Positions 36,197 to 46,167 are shown, numbered from the stretch's first letter. The stretch is 59,582 nt of DNA from a bacterium (GCA_003251635.1 QKEW01000017.1:1-59582), one strand, 5' to 3'. Notes: generated by a model not told the origin, from the letters alone. Program-made: numbers and translations.

Positions 36197-37063
36197 CTAC
36201 CATTGCAATTCCTCAAGCACTCCTTGCTCAATCATTTGCAAATTGAAAACATATTCATTATTATTGTAAGTTTCTTCCAATGGTCTTTTTGTGGTGTGCC
36301 AACCTAATCCATCTGTAACCCAAATAAAATCTATACTCTGTTCTTTTAATTCCCTGTAAAGTTCTTTGAATTCACCACAAACTGCTTTTAATTTTGAACC
36401 GCCCCCATTATAAAAATTAACCTCAATTAATTTAAATTTACCATTGGTCGGATTATAGACCGCAAAATCAAAACTTCTTGATGATTTATCTACCTTAACT
36501 TTTACACCCCATTTATCATAGATAGTCTTAGCATTTGCTTGAGCCAGATATTCGCATCCGTTTTGTGCACACAGCTTATTTATATGAGTTTCCACTATTC
36601 TCTCCATCATTGTTCCTCCACGATTTTTTCTTCCGTTGCTATCTAGTCCAACCTCAACACCAATTACATAATCAACCAGATTTTTAATTCCCTCTTTTTT
36701 AAAGAGATTTACCAAGCCAGTTTTTTCAAAAAAAACAAAATATTTTTCGAAATTATCAACACTTATTTGATTACTGTTAAAATCAAATATCTCAAAGCTT
36801 CCATCACTTAATTCAAATATTTCAAGCTTTTTCTCTCTTACTGCAAGTAAAACAGGAAAAGCTTTTACTATGTCAGGATTACTATCAAATAATTTTCTAA
36901 ATTCCGCTTTTAAATCTTCCTTTCCTAGGAGGTAATTGAGTTTATTTAAAATAATTTCTAGCTCTGAGCTATTATCGAATACTTTCTCCCAGTTCACGAA
37001 ATATTCCCACGTTTTTATTGAATTTTTTAATGTGCCTATTAAATTTTTAAAATCTTTCTTCAT
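36197..37063 (-). CDS. type II restriction endonuclease, DpnII/MboI family (GATC expected)
   Basis: 288 aa. The blocks LVDYVIGVEVGLDSNGRKNRGG, IEVNFYNGGGSKL and WVTDGLGW match my recollection of DpnII (LVDYVTGVEVGMDTNGRKNRTG, IEVNFYSGSGSKL, WITDGQGW). Confidence 0.85.
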   Translation of the reverse strand: MKKDFKNLIGTLKNSIKTWEYFVNWEKVFDNSSELEIILNKLNYLLGKEDLKAEFRKLFDSNPDIVKAFPVLLAVREKKLEIFELSDGSFEIFDFNSNQISVDNFEKYFVFFEKTGLVNLFKKEGIKNLVDYVIGVEVGLDSNGRKNRGGTMMERIVETHINKLCAQNGCEYLAQANAKTIYDKWGVKVKVDKSSRSFDFAVYNPTNGKFKLIEVNFYNGGGSKLKAVCGEFKELYRELKEQSIDFIWVTDGLGWHTTKRPLEETYNNNEYVFNLQMIEQGVLEELQW

Positions 37064-37067
37064 ATTT

Positions 37068-38045
37068 TTAGTAATTGGTTACAACAACTTCCTTTATTTT
37101 GCCCCTACCTGTTCCTTTTGAGTTTATTGCACGCCCAGCATAAACCTTATGGATTTTTATCTTTTCACTTAATCCTGAATACAGCTTATTGATAAATGGC
37201 GTGTCAGAATTTGAAAGCATCACAAAACAACCTTTTTTGTGCAGCTCCACAAAAACATCTTTCAATTCTTTCTGTTCTTTTTCCAGAAAGCCTTCCTTTG
37301 TATAACTTGTAAAACTTGAGGTTTTATTAACTGGATAGTAAGGTGGGTCAAAATAAATAAAATCACCTTTCTTTGCATCTTCTAATACTTTCTTGTAATC
37401 TTGGTGCAAAATCTTAGTATTTTTTAAAGCGTCACGTACCTTCCTTAAATTAACTTCATCACAAATGAGTGGATTTTTGTTCCCTGCAAAAGGCACATTA
37501 AAACCCCCGCTCTTATTTACTCTGTATAATCCATTAAAACCTGTTCTATTCAGATAAATAAAACGAGCTGCAATATTTACATCAGAAAGTTTACTTATAT
37601 CTTGTGAACGAATCTTGAGAAAAGACTCTTTATCATTTTTAGATTGATAAATCTTTAATTTTCTTATTAATTCTTCTACATTTTTTTTGATAACATTATA
37701 TGTTGTTATCAACTCAAAATTCATATCTGATAAAACTGCTTTCTTTGGAAGTAAATCAAAAAACATTGCTCCACCACCTACAAATGGTTCGAAATAAGTT
37801 GCTGTTTTTGGGTTAAAACTATAGGGAGGATATAAATCCAAATCTCTAAACTGTTGAACCAACTGCCTTTTTCCACCGACCCATTTTACAAATGGCTTCG
37901 GATTCTCATCTTTGAATTCTCTATATGCAGACTCCAATTCGTCTAATGAAATTTTATTTGCGTCAGACATAAAGACTCTCAGGTGTATTGGATGAATATT
38001 TAATCTTGTAGCAATATTTGTTATCACTTCTTTATTTTCAATCAT
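37068..38045 (-). CDS. Dam-like N6-adenine DNA methyltransferase (D12 class)
   Basis: 325 aa with KWVGGKRQL, FEPFVGGGAM and the FDPPY motif. Confidence 0.88.
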   Translation of the reverse strand: MIENKEVITNIATRLNIHPIHLRVFMSDANKISLDELESAYREFKDENPKPFVKWVGGKRQLVQQFRDLDLYPPYSFNPKTATYFEPFVGGGAMFFDLLPKKAVLSDMNFELITTYNVIKKNVEELIRKLKIYQSKNDKESFLKIRSQDISKLSDVNIAARFIYLNRTGFNGLYRVNKSGGFNVPFAGNKNPLICDEVNLRKVRDALKNTKILHQDYKKVLEDAKKGDFIYFDPPYYPVNKTSSFTSYTKEGFLEKEQKELKDVFVELHKKGCFVMLSNSDTPFINKLYSGLSEKIKIHKVYAGRAINSKGTGRGKIKEVVVTNY

Positions 38046-38223
38046 CTTTTATTTTATTTTATTCTTTTAAGTTATCTATATAATCCATACCGTCATTCTA
38101 CTCCAATTTCCTCTTTTGCTCAAGTCAAAAAATGACCTTATTTCGCCAAATTTCGCTTTTTGTGGCGGTTTTGAGGCTAAGTAGTCCTATTGTAGCTTTA
38201 GAGCAAAAATAGCCATTTTCGGG

Positions 38224-38445
38224 CTATTTCATCGCTTGAAGTCTTTTTATTAATTCCTGCCGTCTTCCCCTGTTTTTATACATCTCATAGAAAAAGTATT
38301 GCATCTGAACCAAATCATAAAATTCTCCGCTTTTTTTAATATGCTTAAGTTTCTTATTCACCTGACTAACAACAAATTTCTCAAGCTGAGTATTGTTTTC
38401 CCTCTTGATTATTGGCAAAAGCACTTTCCTTGAAAATCTCATCAT
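38224..38445 (-). CDS. hypothetical small basic protein
   Basis: 73-aa ORF. Its start overlaps the upstream ORF stop by 4 nt. Confidence 0.4.
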   Translation of the reverse strand: MMRFSRKVLLPIIKRENNTQLEKFVVSQVNKKLKHIKKSGEFYDLVQMQYFFYEMYKNRGRRQELIKRLQAMK

Positions 38446-38789
38446 ATTCCACTAAAAATGATTCCGATTATCATAAACAAAACATAAAATATTATTATGC
38501 CTAAAATTATCTTTGTTTTGCGACTCTTTTTTTCCTCTTTGACTTCAGGTAATTTCTGCCCCGTATCATTGAGTAGTTTTTGTCCCATTGGAGAGTTCGC
38601 AGGAATCAAGGTTTGATTATTACAATTTTGACAAAACTTATTTTTGTCGCTTCTTCTCCAGATTGAATACACGATTCCTGGGATTATAAATAACCACCAA
38701 AGAACGAACGCTGTCGGAAAGTTTCCCCTGAGCTTTTCCGTGGGTTTTCCGATGTGCCCACAGGAGCTACAAATGAATTGTTTTTCCAT
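38442..38789 (-). CDS. zinc-ribbon membrane protein
   Basis: 115 aa. CSSC...CQNC brackets one TM helix, and there is a second C-terminal TM helix. Confidence 0.5.
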   Translation of the reverse strand: MEKQFICSSCGHIGKPTEKLRGNFPTAFVLWWLFIIPGIVYSIWRRSDKNKFCQNCNNQTLIPANSPMGQKLLNDTGQKLPEVKEEKKSRKTKIILGIIIFYVLFMIIGIIFSGI

Positions 38790-38848
38790 TTTTTTATTTT
38801 AAAAAGTTAAATTACATAACAAAAAGGGACAACCCTTACTTGGATTGC

Positions 38849-38947
38849 CCTAGCCGACGAAGACTGGTCGCGCACCTTTCAGAGTTGCCCCTTACTATGC
38901 GTGACCAAAATTCGCAAGGTTTACTTGCTTTTTCTTCGTCGGCTAGG
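38849..38947. repeat. 14-bp inverted repeat CCTAGCCGACGAAG / CTTCGTCGGCTAGG enclosing about 71 nt
   Basis: Perfect arms at 38849-38862 and 38934-38947, immediately downstream of the second integrase. Confidence 0.7.
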
Positions 38948-38987
38948 TTGTTAACTTAATACTACTCTTTCAAAGAACTTCGGTCAA

Positions 38988-39848
38988 TCAACCTATTTTT
39001 GCCAGCCTCACCTCCTTTCTGAGCCTGGATTTGGCTATATGCAAATATCTCTCCGTTGTCGATATGTTCTTATGTCCTGCCAATATCTGTATGGATTTGA
39101 GATTCACTCCTTTTTCCAAAAGCCGAGAGCAGAAACTGTGTCTAATCGAATGCACAGATATGTTCGTCTTTAAAATTTCTGCTTTTTTGAAATATTCCTG
39201 AACCAGCATTCCCACCCTTCTCTGGGTTATTCTTTTCTTGAAACTGCTCATAAACATCGGTTCCCGCATATCTCTCCTATCTACAAAACTTTTAATGCTT
39301 TTTGCCAACTCCGAATTTATGGGGATACTTTGCTTCTGTCCTCCCTTTCTTTTGACCGTTATTATCCTATTCGCATATTCCGCATCCGATATATCCAAAT
39401 TTACAAGTTCGGAAATGCGAATTCCCGTTTCAATGAGAATCCTTATTATCAGTTCGTTTCTTTTTTGATGCTTGGACTTATCATCTCTGACACTCTTAAT
39501 TAACTTTTTCAATTCCGACTCGGTAAGATAGCTCGGCTCTTTTTCTTTAACTTTCGGCATCGCGATATTTTTGACAGGACTATCTTGAATCAACCTCTCA
39601 TCTTCCAGAAATGCGAAGTAGTTCTTAATGGAAGTAAGCTTTCTTCTTCTGGTTATGGGCTGGTTTTTCTTTTCCGATAAAAAACACAAAAAGCCACGAA
39701 TGTGGCTCCTTGCTAATTTGTTAACTGACGTCTTTTTTGTGATTTTTTGGAACTCCAGTAAATCCCTCTCGTACACCTCAATGGTCTTTTCGCTAAGTCC
39801 CTTCTCAATGCGAAGATGTTCCAAATATTGTGATAAATGCTTTTTCAT
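38988..39848 (-). CDS. tyrosine recombinase/integrase (XerC/D-like)
   Basis: 286 aa with TGIRISEL, RKGGKQ, HSIRHSFCS and LAGHKNISTTERYLH. Confidence 0.92.
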   Translation of the reverse strand: MKKHLSQYLEHLRIEKGLSEKTIEVYERDLLEFQKITKKTSVNKLARSHIRGFLCFLSEKKNQPITRRRKLTSIKNYFAFLEDERLIQDSPVKNIAMPKVKEKEPSYLTESELKKLIKSVRDDKSKHQKRNELIIRILIETGIRISELVNLDISDAEYANRIITVKRKGGQKQSIPINSELAKSIKSFVDRRDMREPMFMSSFKKRITQRRVGMLVQEYFKKAEILKTNISVHSIRHSFCSRLLEKGVNLKSIQILAGHKNISTTERYLHIAKSRLRKEVRLAKIG

Positions 39849-39890
39849 AATGCGTATCTCCTACCTTGTGACACACATTACCTTGCAATG

Positions 39891-40376
39891 CTAAATGAAG
39901 TCAACTCGCTGAATTTCCTCGAGAACTTGCCTGACTTTAACTATAGTTCTGGAGTTCGTGACTTCTTGCAGATTAACCCTGTCACTGGCAACCTTATGGA
40001 TTTCCTGCCTCGGTCCATCTTGTATGAAATAGAATTCCACATCTCCGTTGAAGAAAAACTTAGAATCTATATATCTGACAATGGCTTGCTCATTTATAGA
40101 CTCCAATAAATCGAAGACTAATAGTAATTGCAAATTGTCATAATTTTCAGCCTCACATTCAACATAAACCACGTCGTCTTTCTCGTGAAACTCAAAATCG
40201 CAATTGATGATACTTTTTCCACTTTTATCTAATATCTGCAAAGTGGCTTTATTTTCGTTTTCGACAAGCTTATGTAAATCGTGCTTATATTTTGAATTGC
40301 GTTTTTTGGCGTTAACCAGATTATGCAAAAACTTTTCTTTACTGATTGGTTTTAGAAACTTGAATTTAATACCCAT
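39891..40376 (-). CDS. hypothetical protein
   Basis: 161-aa ORF in the phage-like module. No motif recognised. Confidence 0.45.
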   Translation of the reverse strand: MGIKFKFLKPISKEKFLHNLVNAKKRNSKYKHDLHKLVENENKATLQILDKSGKSIINCDFEFHEKDDVVYVECEAENYDNLQLLLVFDLLESINEQAIVRYIDSKFFFNGDVEFYFIQDGPRQEIHKVASDRVNLQEVTNSRTIVKVRQVLEEIQRVDFI

Positions 40377-40493
40377 ATTTTTTTGAAATTAAAATAAATT
40401 AAAGGATACATAACATACATTATGCGAACATTCTGAAAATCAGATAAAACACCAAGGCAAATGTTCCGTAGCCGAAGATGTTTCCAATTATGC

Positions 40494-42032
40494 TCATAGG
40501 CTTCTGTTTTTTCTCCACTCTTCAAGCTCGCGAAGCGTGGGAAGATTATTATTAGGAATTATTGATTCTTTTACTCTTTCCTCTTTAACCTCTATTATTT
40601 TCGGACCGTGCAATTTTTCATTTCTTTCTTGCATCATAAATTCATCGAATGTCTGACCGCCCACAACCAAAAACCCTGCTTCTTTCTTATCTTCTTGCAC
40701 TGCATACATTGACGCCATTCCAAGACTAACACTATGGTCTGAAAATCCTCCGCTCTTATGGTCAATCCTCCAGCCATATGATTTCTCTTCGGCATTAAGA
40801 CTCAGCAGTTCCTCTTCCAATAGCTTGTGAGGAAAAATCCTGATAAGGCCATTGTGAAATAGATAGTATAAATTCTGAGAGAGTTTTTGGATTGAATTGG
40901 ACGTGAACGTGAACTCTTCGACTTTTATAAGCCTCTTGAGTCTTTCCGCTGTTCCCTTCATCTGCCAAGGGTCGAATATGTTCTTCACGATATTGAAGCT
41001 TCTGTTGCAAGCAAGAATTGCCTCCTCTACATCGCTTATGAGAACCGGGTTTGTTTTGGTTCCTTGAAAAGTCCTGATGTAATCTAAATAGACCAGATTA
41101 TCTTCTTCGCTTCTGTGGCACACCGTAAGCACGGTTCTGTCCCTTGTCAGCCCTAAGTCTACCGCCAAATAATATCTTATTTCACCTCTTCCACTGAGTT
41201 GAGGTTTGAGAGTATGGTCGGTGCATTTATCCAATTCTTCTTTCGTGATAAATGCGTTTTCTCCAGCCACCCATTTGTTTTCGTGAAGCCTTTGATATAC
41301 CCCTGCAGGAAGCCTCATTCTCTGTTGCTCCAGATATTCTTCACTTACCCAGCTGGAGAGATTCTTCTCTGACCAGAAAAAATACATCTTCCCATCTTTC
41401 TTTTGCACTCCGTCTTTATATAATTCATACAAGAGCGAGGTCTGGTCGGTGCCCGCATAAGTTACGATGAATGTAAGCGGCTCTTTCCTAACTGGAGATT
41501 GCGTGAGGGCGTCATACAAATCACGATTCGGCTGGTTCCAGAGTTCATCGAATATGACACAACTGGCGTTCAATCCGTGACTAGTCGGTGCGTCTGCAGA
41601 GAGAACTTTGTAAATCGAATTTGTACTTGGAACCATAATTTCGTCTTTATAAATCTTCACCGATTCCAAAAGGATTGGATTTCGCTCAATAGCTTTCTTG
41701 GTCATATTGAAAATAATTTTCGCCTGGTCTTTATCTCCTGCGACAGAATAAACTTCAGCATTTGAAACATCGGCAAAAAGCATATACAGAGCCACTCCCG
41801 AAGCCAAAGTCGATTTTCCGTTTTTCTTCGGTATTCCCAATAAGGCAAGATTGTACTTCCTCAGCCCCTTTTTGTCTTTGGTTTGGAATATATCCCTGAG
41901 AATCTTTTTCTGAAAATCCTGAAGCACAATCGATTTTCCATCTTCGAGAATATATTGTTCTTCAAGAAATACGCAGATGTCTTTCTTGTATTCAATGAGC
42001 TTCTCTCTTGTGATTGGACTAATCTTCTTCAT
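40494..42032 (-). CDS. terL: phage terminase large subunit
   Basis: 512 aa with a Walker A-like GIPKKNGKST and Walker B VIFDELW. The C-terminal nuclease region with conserved acidic residues is typical of Terminase_1-type TerL. Confidence 0.82.
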   Translation of the reverse strand: MKKISPITREKLIEYKKDICVFLEEQYILEDGKSIVLQDFQKKILRDIFQTKDKKGLRKYNLALLGIPKKNGKSTLASGVALYMLFADVSNAEVYSVAGDKDQAKIIFNMTKKAIERNPILLESVKIYKDEIMVPSTNSIYKVLSADAPTSHGLNASCVIFDELWNQPNRDLYDALTQSPVRKEPLTFIVTYAGTDQTSLLYELYKDGVQKKDGKMYFFWSEKNLSSWVSEEYLEQQRMRLPAGVYQRLHENKWVAGENAFITKEELDKCTDHTLKPQLSGRGEIRYYLAVDLGLTRDRTVLTVCHRSEEDNLVYLDYIRTFQGTKTNPVLISDVEEAILACNRSFNIVKNIFDPWQMKGTAERLKRLIKVEEFTFTSNSIQKLSQNLYYLFHNGLIRIFPHKLLEEELLSLNAEEKSYGWRIDHKSGGFSDHSVSLGMASMYAVQEDKKEAGFLVVGGQTFDEFMMQERNEKLHGPKIIEVKEERVKESIIPNNNLPTLRELEEWRKNRSL

Positions 42033-42567
42033 AATTCAATTCGCTCAATGCTTTTGCTAAGGAATATGTCTGAGCTATATTCAATCCCACTCTTGCTCTG
42101 GCATCGGGAGAAAGACAGAGCTTGTCAGCGAGTTTTATAAGTGTCTTCTCGTCTTCATTCCTAGCTCTTGTTATAGGCTGTACGTTTATGGAATCATCAC
42201 TGATTCTGAAGTTTCCAGCTATTTCACCAAGCCATCTATCAATTACCATAAGCCTTGCTTGCACGTGAGCAAATCTGTAGACCAAATATTTATCCTGCTC
42301 CCTTATGTGTGGAAGAGAAAATATTTCTTCCACAATTTCCTTTTGATAGTTCAAAGCTGGAACGCAGTCGCCTTTTTCGTTTTTCGAGTACTCACATTTG
42401 GAACTAAAAGGACACAATTCACAGGACATCGCGATACGATTCGGGTGATTTTTAAAATAGTGATAGGAATGTTTAACTTGCGGTTTTAGATTACTTTTCA
42501 CCGCCTCAATTCCCTCTTCACTAAAGTTCCGAACTGCTGTCTGTTTTTTTATTCCTTTTTCGCTCAT
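42019..42567 (-). CDS. terS: phage terminase small subunit (P27-like)
   Basis: 182 aa. The C-terminal KLADKLCLSPDARARVGL resembles the P27-family signature. It overlaps the terL start by 14 nt. Confidence 0.55.
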   Translation of the reverse strand: MSEKGIKKQTAVRNFSEEGIEAVKSNLKPQVKHSYHYFKNHPNRIAMSCELCPFSSKCEYSKNEKGDCVPALNYQKEIVEEIFSLPHIREQDKYLVYRFAHVQARLMVIDRWLGEIAGNFRISDDSINVQPITRARNEDEKTLIKLADKLCLSPDARARVGLNIAQTYSLAKALSELNYEED

Positions 42568-42575
42568 TTTTTCAG

Positions 42576-43190
42576 TTATTCCTTTAGATTAGCTGAACAT
42601 AGATTAAATAATTTCTCTCCTTTGCTCTTTCCACTGTGCTTATTTAACACCTTGTTAATAGTTATCTCCTGCTCTTTTGAGACTGCGAAATTCATTACGA
42701 TTGGAATTTCTCTTTCCCTCTCCTCAGCATCTTTTTTGATTTTCTCCATAAACTCTGGCGTCACCTGCATCAAAGATAGCTTGTCTTTTAAATCGTTGAC
42801 TTTGAATCCGAGTTTTGTCGAAAGCTGTTCCAGAGTAAATTTCTTATTAAGCTCTGAAATTAAACTGGCTAGCTTTAATGGATTCATTTCCCCTCTCTTG
42901 GAATTAAGAGCTATCGTTAAAATTTTCTGATGCTCCTCCGATTCTGGCTTAAAAACCACAACGGGTATTTCTTTCATTCCTAAAGCCATTCCAGCTTTCC
43001 AACGATGAAATCCGTCTATTATTTCCAACTTGTCATTAACCACCACTGGCTGACCAATCCAGCCGTTTTCTTCAAAATCGGCAACAAGGCTATCAAATTG
43101 CTCATCGCTCATTTTGTTTGGGTTGTATTTATTTGGATTAACCTTTAATGGGTCAACCATTTGGATATTTGAATATATTTTTTCCGTCAT
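42576..43190 (-). CDS. ParB N-terminal-domain (ParB/Srx-like nuclease) protein
   Basis: 204 aa with NPNKM...GWIGQPVVV...IIDGFHRWKA, a DGxHR-type motif. Confidence 0.72.
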   Translation of the reverse strand: MTEKIYSNIQMVDPLKVNPNKYNPNKMSDEQFDSLVADFEENGWIGQPVVVNDKLEIIDGFHRWKAGMALGMKEIPVVVFKPESEEHQKILTIALNSKRGEMNPLKLASLISELNKKFTLEQLSTKLGFKVNDLKDKLSLMQVTPEFMEKIKKDAEEREREIPIVMNFAVSKEQEITINKVLNKHSGKSKGEKLFNLCSANLKE

Positions 43191-43191
43191 A

Positions 43192-44265
43192 CTATTTAGT
43201 CACTATTAAATATTCCACGTTTTCGCTTTGCCTCTTTCCTGTTTTCGATGCGATGTTATTTATCGCCCAAGAATGCTCCATTTCGTATAAGTCAGCATCC
43301 CTGAATTTCTGAACCACACTTAGTAATTCCTCGCCTTTTATGCCAGCATCAGACGCGGGATTATATCCCATTGATATTACCCACTTAGGAATCCATTCCG
43401 AAAGAGAAAATAATCTCTCGAAGTTTTCTAAGGTGTCTTTAACATTGAATGCCTTGTCATCTATTTCCACTCCCCTTTTTTCTTCCAATATCTCATCGAG
43501 TATTTTGTAGTGAGCAGAATATACGGTTGAGTTGAAGTATGGACTGTCGAAATATGCCGTGTCGATTTTATTTCCTTTTTCTTTCAACATCTCCAGCAAT
43601 TCAAAACAATCCATCTGATAAACTTCGTTTTCTTTTCCGTTATTGAACACTCCGTAATTTATCTGGTCTTTTAGTTTTAGCAATAACGGCAAAGGGTGTG
43701 AGATGTTATATCTAACCTTTTTACCCCGAGATTCACTAGCCATTTCCAGTAGCTCAATTTCTTGATTTTCAATAAGCATCTCGTTGTCTTGTCTGCCCAC
43801 CTGAAAAGCCCCGTATTGCCTGAGACTAAGAATATATTTTGTCAGCAACAGTAACAGTAACTCTTTTTTCGGACTTTCCCTGTTTCTGGCGTTTTCAAAT
43901 GCCATATCAAGAAACTCGGCAACCTGAGGAATAAAAATTTGCGGAACATAATTTTTCTGAATGAATCCAGCATTCTCATTGAAAACAAATAAACTATACA
44001 CGTCTTCTTCCGTGATTTTTTCCGTTTGATTTTTAATCAACGCTTCACCGATTATCTTTGAGCGATAAGCGATATCATTTGCCAATACCCTCATTCCCAC
44101 TTTCTTTCCTTTAAGAGAAACGGAACCTCCTCCCATAAACACGTCCAGCAATGTTTCTCCCTGAAAATGAGATGCGATGATTTCTGCCATTTTCCTTTTA
44201 CCACCGAGAAATGGCACTGTAGCATCAAATGATTTAAGATTCTTTGACATCTTCTTTTTCTTCAA
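43192..44265 (-). CDS. Dam-family (D12 class) DNA adenine methyltransferase, phage-type
   Basis: 357 aa with PFLGGKRKMA, DVFMGGGS and the YFDSPY catalytic motif. It lies adjacent to the ParB-like gene, as in many phages. Confidence 0.75.
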   Translation of the reverse strand: MKKKKMSKNLKSFDATVPFLGGKRKMAEIIASHFQGETLLDVFMGGGSVSLKGKKVGMRVLANDIAYRSKIIGEALIKNQTEKITEEDVYSLFVFNENAGFIQKNYVPQIFIPQVAEFLDMAFENARNRESPKKELLLLLLTKYILSLRQYGAFQVGRQDNEMLIENQEIELLEMASESRGKKVRYNISHPLPLLLKLKDQINYGVFNNGKENEVYQMDCFELLEMLKEKGNKIDTAYFDSPYFNSTVYSAHYKILDEILEEKRGVEIDDKAFNVKDTLENFERLFSLSEWIPKWVISMGYNPASDAGIKGEELLSVVQKFRDADLYEMEHSWAINNIASKTGKRQSENVEYLIVTK

Positions 44266-44476
44266 GGTCGTTTAACAAGTACTTACAGGCCAAACCTATC
44301 GCTTTCGGTTTTCCAGTAATTCCGAATTTCTCATCAAGCACCCTTTCCAATTCTCGAATTACTTCTTGTTGTTCCTGCCAAAGGAAGATAAAATCTTGCT
44401 GTCCTTTTTTGCTGACAATTTTAATATCAGCATTGCTTATTTTTTCCGCCAACGTTTCTTTTTTACTTTTGCTCAT
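44234..44476 (-). CDS. hypothetical small protein
   Basis: 80-aa ORF that overlaps the methylase start. Confidence 0.4.
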   Translation of the reverse strand: MSKSKKETLAEKISNADIKIVSKKGQQDFIFLWQEQQEVIRELERVLDEKFGITGKPKAIGLACKYLLNDLEEKEDVKES

Positions 44477-44537
44477 AATTCTACTTTTTAGTTAGTTAAT
44501 TACTCTTTACTCCTTACTTTTTGAAAATGTAGTGTCA

Positions 44538-44900
44538 TTATTTTTTATTGCACGACATTTTCTTTAATCTTAAATAATTAGATTTTAATCCCTCATATTT
44601 TTTTAATAATTTCATTCGTCTTTTTAAGGCTGTTTTCAATGGAACCCTAGACTTAACAAGAGTATTAAACAATCTTGAATAACGAATTTCCATATACTCA
44701 TCAACTGGCACACTCAAATCTTTTTCCATTCTCCTCAAAAATATTTCCCAGTTTTTCAGTGCTTCTTTCACACTCTCATATTCACCAAGCGATATGACGT
44801 TTTGTCTGACTTTATTGCCTTTCCTATAAGCCTCGACTACCTGATATCTTTCTGATATTTCACCCTTTTTGAGACTTATAATTCTTTTCCTGACGAACAT
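44538..44900 (-). CDS. hypothetical basic protein
   Basis: 120-aa ORF, 1 nt from the upstream ORF. Confidence 0.45.
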   Translation of the reverse strand: MFVRKRIISLKKGEISERYQVVEAYRKGNKVRQNVISLGEYESVKEALKNWEIFLRRMEKDLSVPVDEYMEIRYSRLFNTLVKSRVPLKTALKRRMKLLKKYEGLKSNYLRLKKMSCNKK

Positions 44901-44901
44901 T

Positions 44902-45099
44902 TCACATCTTTTCTAGGTCAAACTTATAATCTGGTCTTTTCGGATTTTCGTGTTTGAAGATGTTCTCGAACACTACCAGCTTATATTCCTGACCATTGAC
45001 TTCGACTGTACCTGTCAGATAGATGTTTCCGCCTTTGGAAGACTTTTTCCACAAAGCACATTTTTCTATCTGAGGCAGATTCTTTTCGCCTTGTTGCAT
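44902..45099 (-). CDS. small DUF736-like protein
   Basis: 65 aa. GNIYLTGTVEVNGQEYKLVVFEN...KRPDYKF resembles DUF736 proteins of plasmids and ICEs; this is a weak call. Confidence 0.35.
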   Translation of the reverse strand: MQQGEKNLPQIEKCALWKKSSKGGNIYLTGTVEVNGQEYKLVVFENIFKHENPKRPDYKFDLEKM

Positions 45100-45117
45100 A
45101 TTATTTAAATTAAAAAA

Positions 45118-46029
45118 TTAGCTTCTTTTTCTCACCCAGCCTTTTTCTTCATACACCCACGCATCAAACTCTTCATTGCTGGAGTTTATGAAATCGATTC
45201 CGTGTTCGAGTCTCATCATATCGCAAAAATTTTCCAGTTTTCCCACACCTATCTCAAGCTCTACAGGATTTGTTATGTTAGGAGCATATTTGAAAAATCT
45301 CGCCCTCTTTGATGCCTTTATGAGTCCAGCCAATCTTTCTTCGCCAAGTGTCGAAAATAGTCTTTTTGCAGATTCTCGCTGAGAAGAACTCCCAATTAAA
45401 ACTGAAATCATAGGATTAACCTCTTTAAAGGCATAGAAGATTTTATCGATTGCTTTATCTGAAATCTCAGAAAAATCAAAGTGGGGCTTACAATCGTTTG
45501 CGATTGTAGATATATTTTTTTTACTACTTAAAGCATTTACCTTATTAGCACTTAAAGCATTTGTCTCCTGTTTTCCACTTGTTGGATTTTCTACTTGTTG
45601 AATTTCGGGGTTCTTGAATTCCTCTATCGTGATTTCATTCGGAATCTCATTTAATTCCTTTTTAATTAGCAAACTTTCAACTTCTTCAGCTTTTTCAGTT
45701 TTCCAGATATATTTCAGCTTTATATACCAACCCACGATTTTTCCGCCCTCTCTACGCATAATTATTTCGATTAAATTCATTCTTTGAAGAAGTGTCTTAG
45801 CTTTTGCAAATCTTCCCTTACCCCAGCCCAATCCCCTCATACAATAACTGTCACTGGCTTTAACTTGATTTGTTTTTTGCCATTTAGCCACATAACAGTA
45901 AAAACAATAGAGGGCTACTGCATCCGCACCGTTTTTAAATTGATATAGATTATGAAGCGTTCTTGTTGTCAGCAATACAACTTCGTCTTCAAGCATTATT
46001 TTAGGTTTAGTTTCAGTTGATTTTTGCAT
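45118..46029 (-). CDS. putative replication/wHTH protein
   Basis: 303 aa. Its N-terminal region is typical of phage/plasmid replication-organiser wHTH proteins (ADAVALYCFY...GLGWGKGRFAKAKTLL). The repeat-rich non-coding region lies upstream of it. Confidence 0.4.
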   Translation of the reverse strand: MQKSTETKPKIMLEDEVVLLTTRTLHNLYQFKNGADAVALYCFYCYVAKWQKTNQVKASDSYCMRGLGWGKGRFAKAKTLLQRMNLIEIIMRREGGKIVGWYIKLKYIWKTEKAEEVESLLIKKELNEIPNEITIEEFKNPEIQQVENPTSGKQETNALSANKVNALSSKKNISTIANDCKPHFDFSEISDKAIDKIFYAFKEVNPMISVLIGSSSQRESAKRLFSTLGEERLAGLIKASKRARFFKYAPNITNPVELEIGVGKLENFCDMMRLEHGIDFINSSNEEFDAWVYEEKGWVRKRS

Positions 46030-46109
46030 ATTTGCTTACAGAAAAAGGGCTACACGATGAGAGAATAGCCCTTTTACCATACTCATCGTTAAAATTTGTT
46101 ATAAAAAAA

Positions 46110-46167
46110 TCCGCAATACAGTTAAACATACAAGAGTAAATCTTGCGTGCTCGCATTGTATTGCGGA
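46110..46167. repeat. 11-bp inverted repeat TCCGCAATACA / TGTATTGCGGA, followed by reiterated (CG)ATTGT(ATT) motifs
   Basis: The arms lie at 46110-46120 and 46157-46167. ATTGTATT/ATTGTG motifs recur at about 46155, 46178 and 46195. Confidence 0.6.

Noticed and set aside
40425-40468. CGAACATT...AATGTTCCG upstream of terL considered as a Gram-positive-type SOS box.
   Set aside because: The half-sites are separated by about 27 nt rather than the 4 nt of CGAAC-N4-GTTCG, so this is probably just a hairpin.
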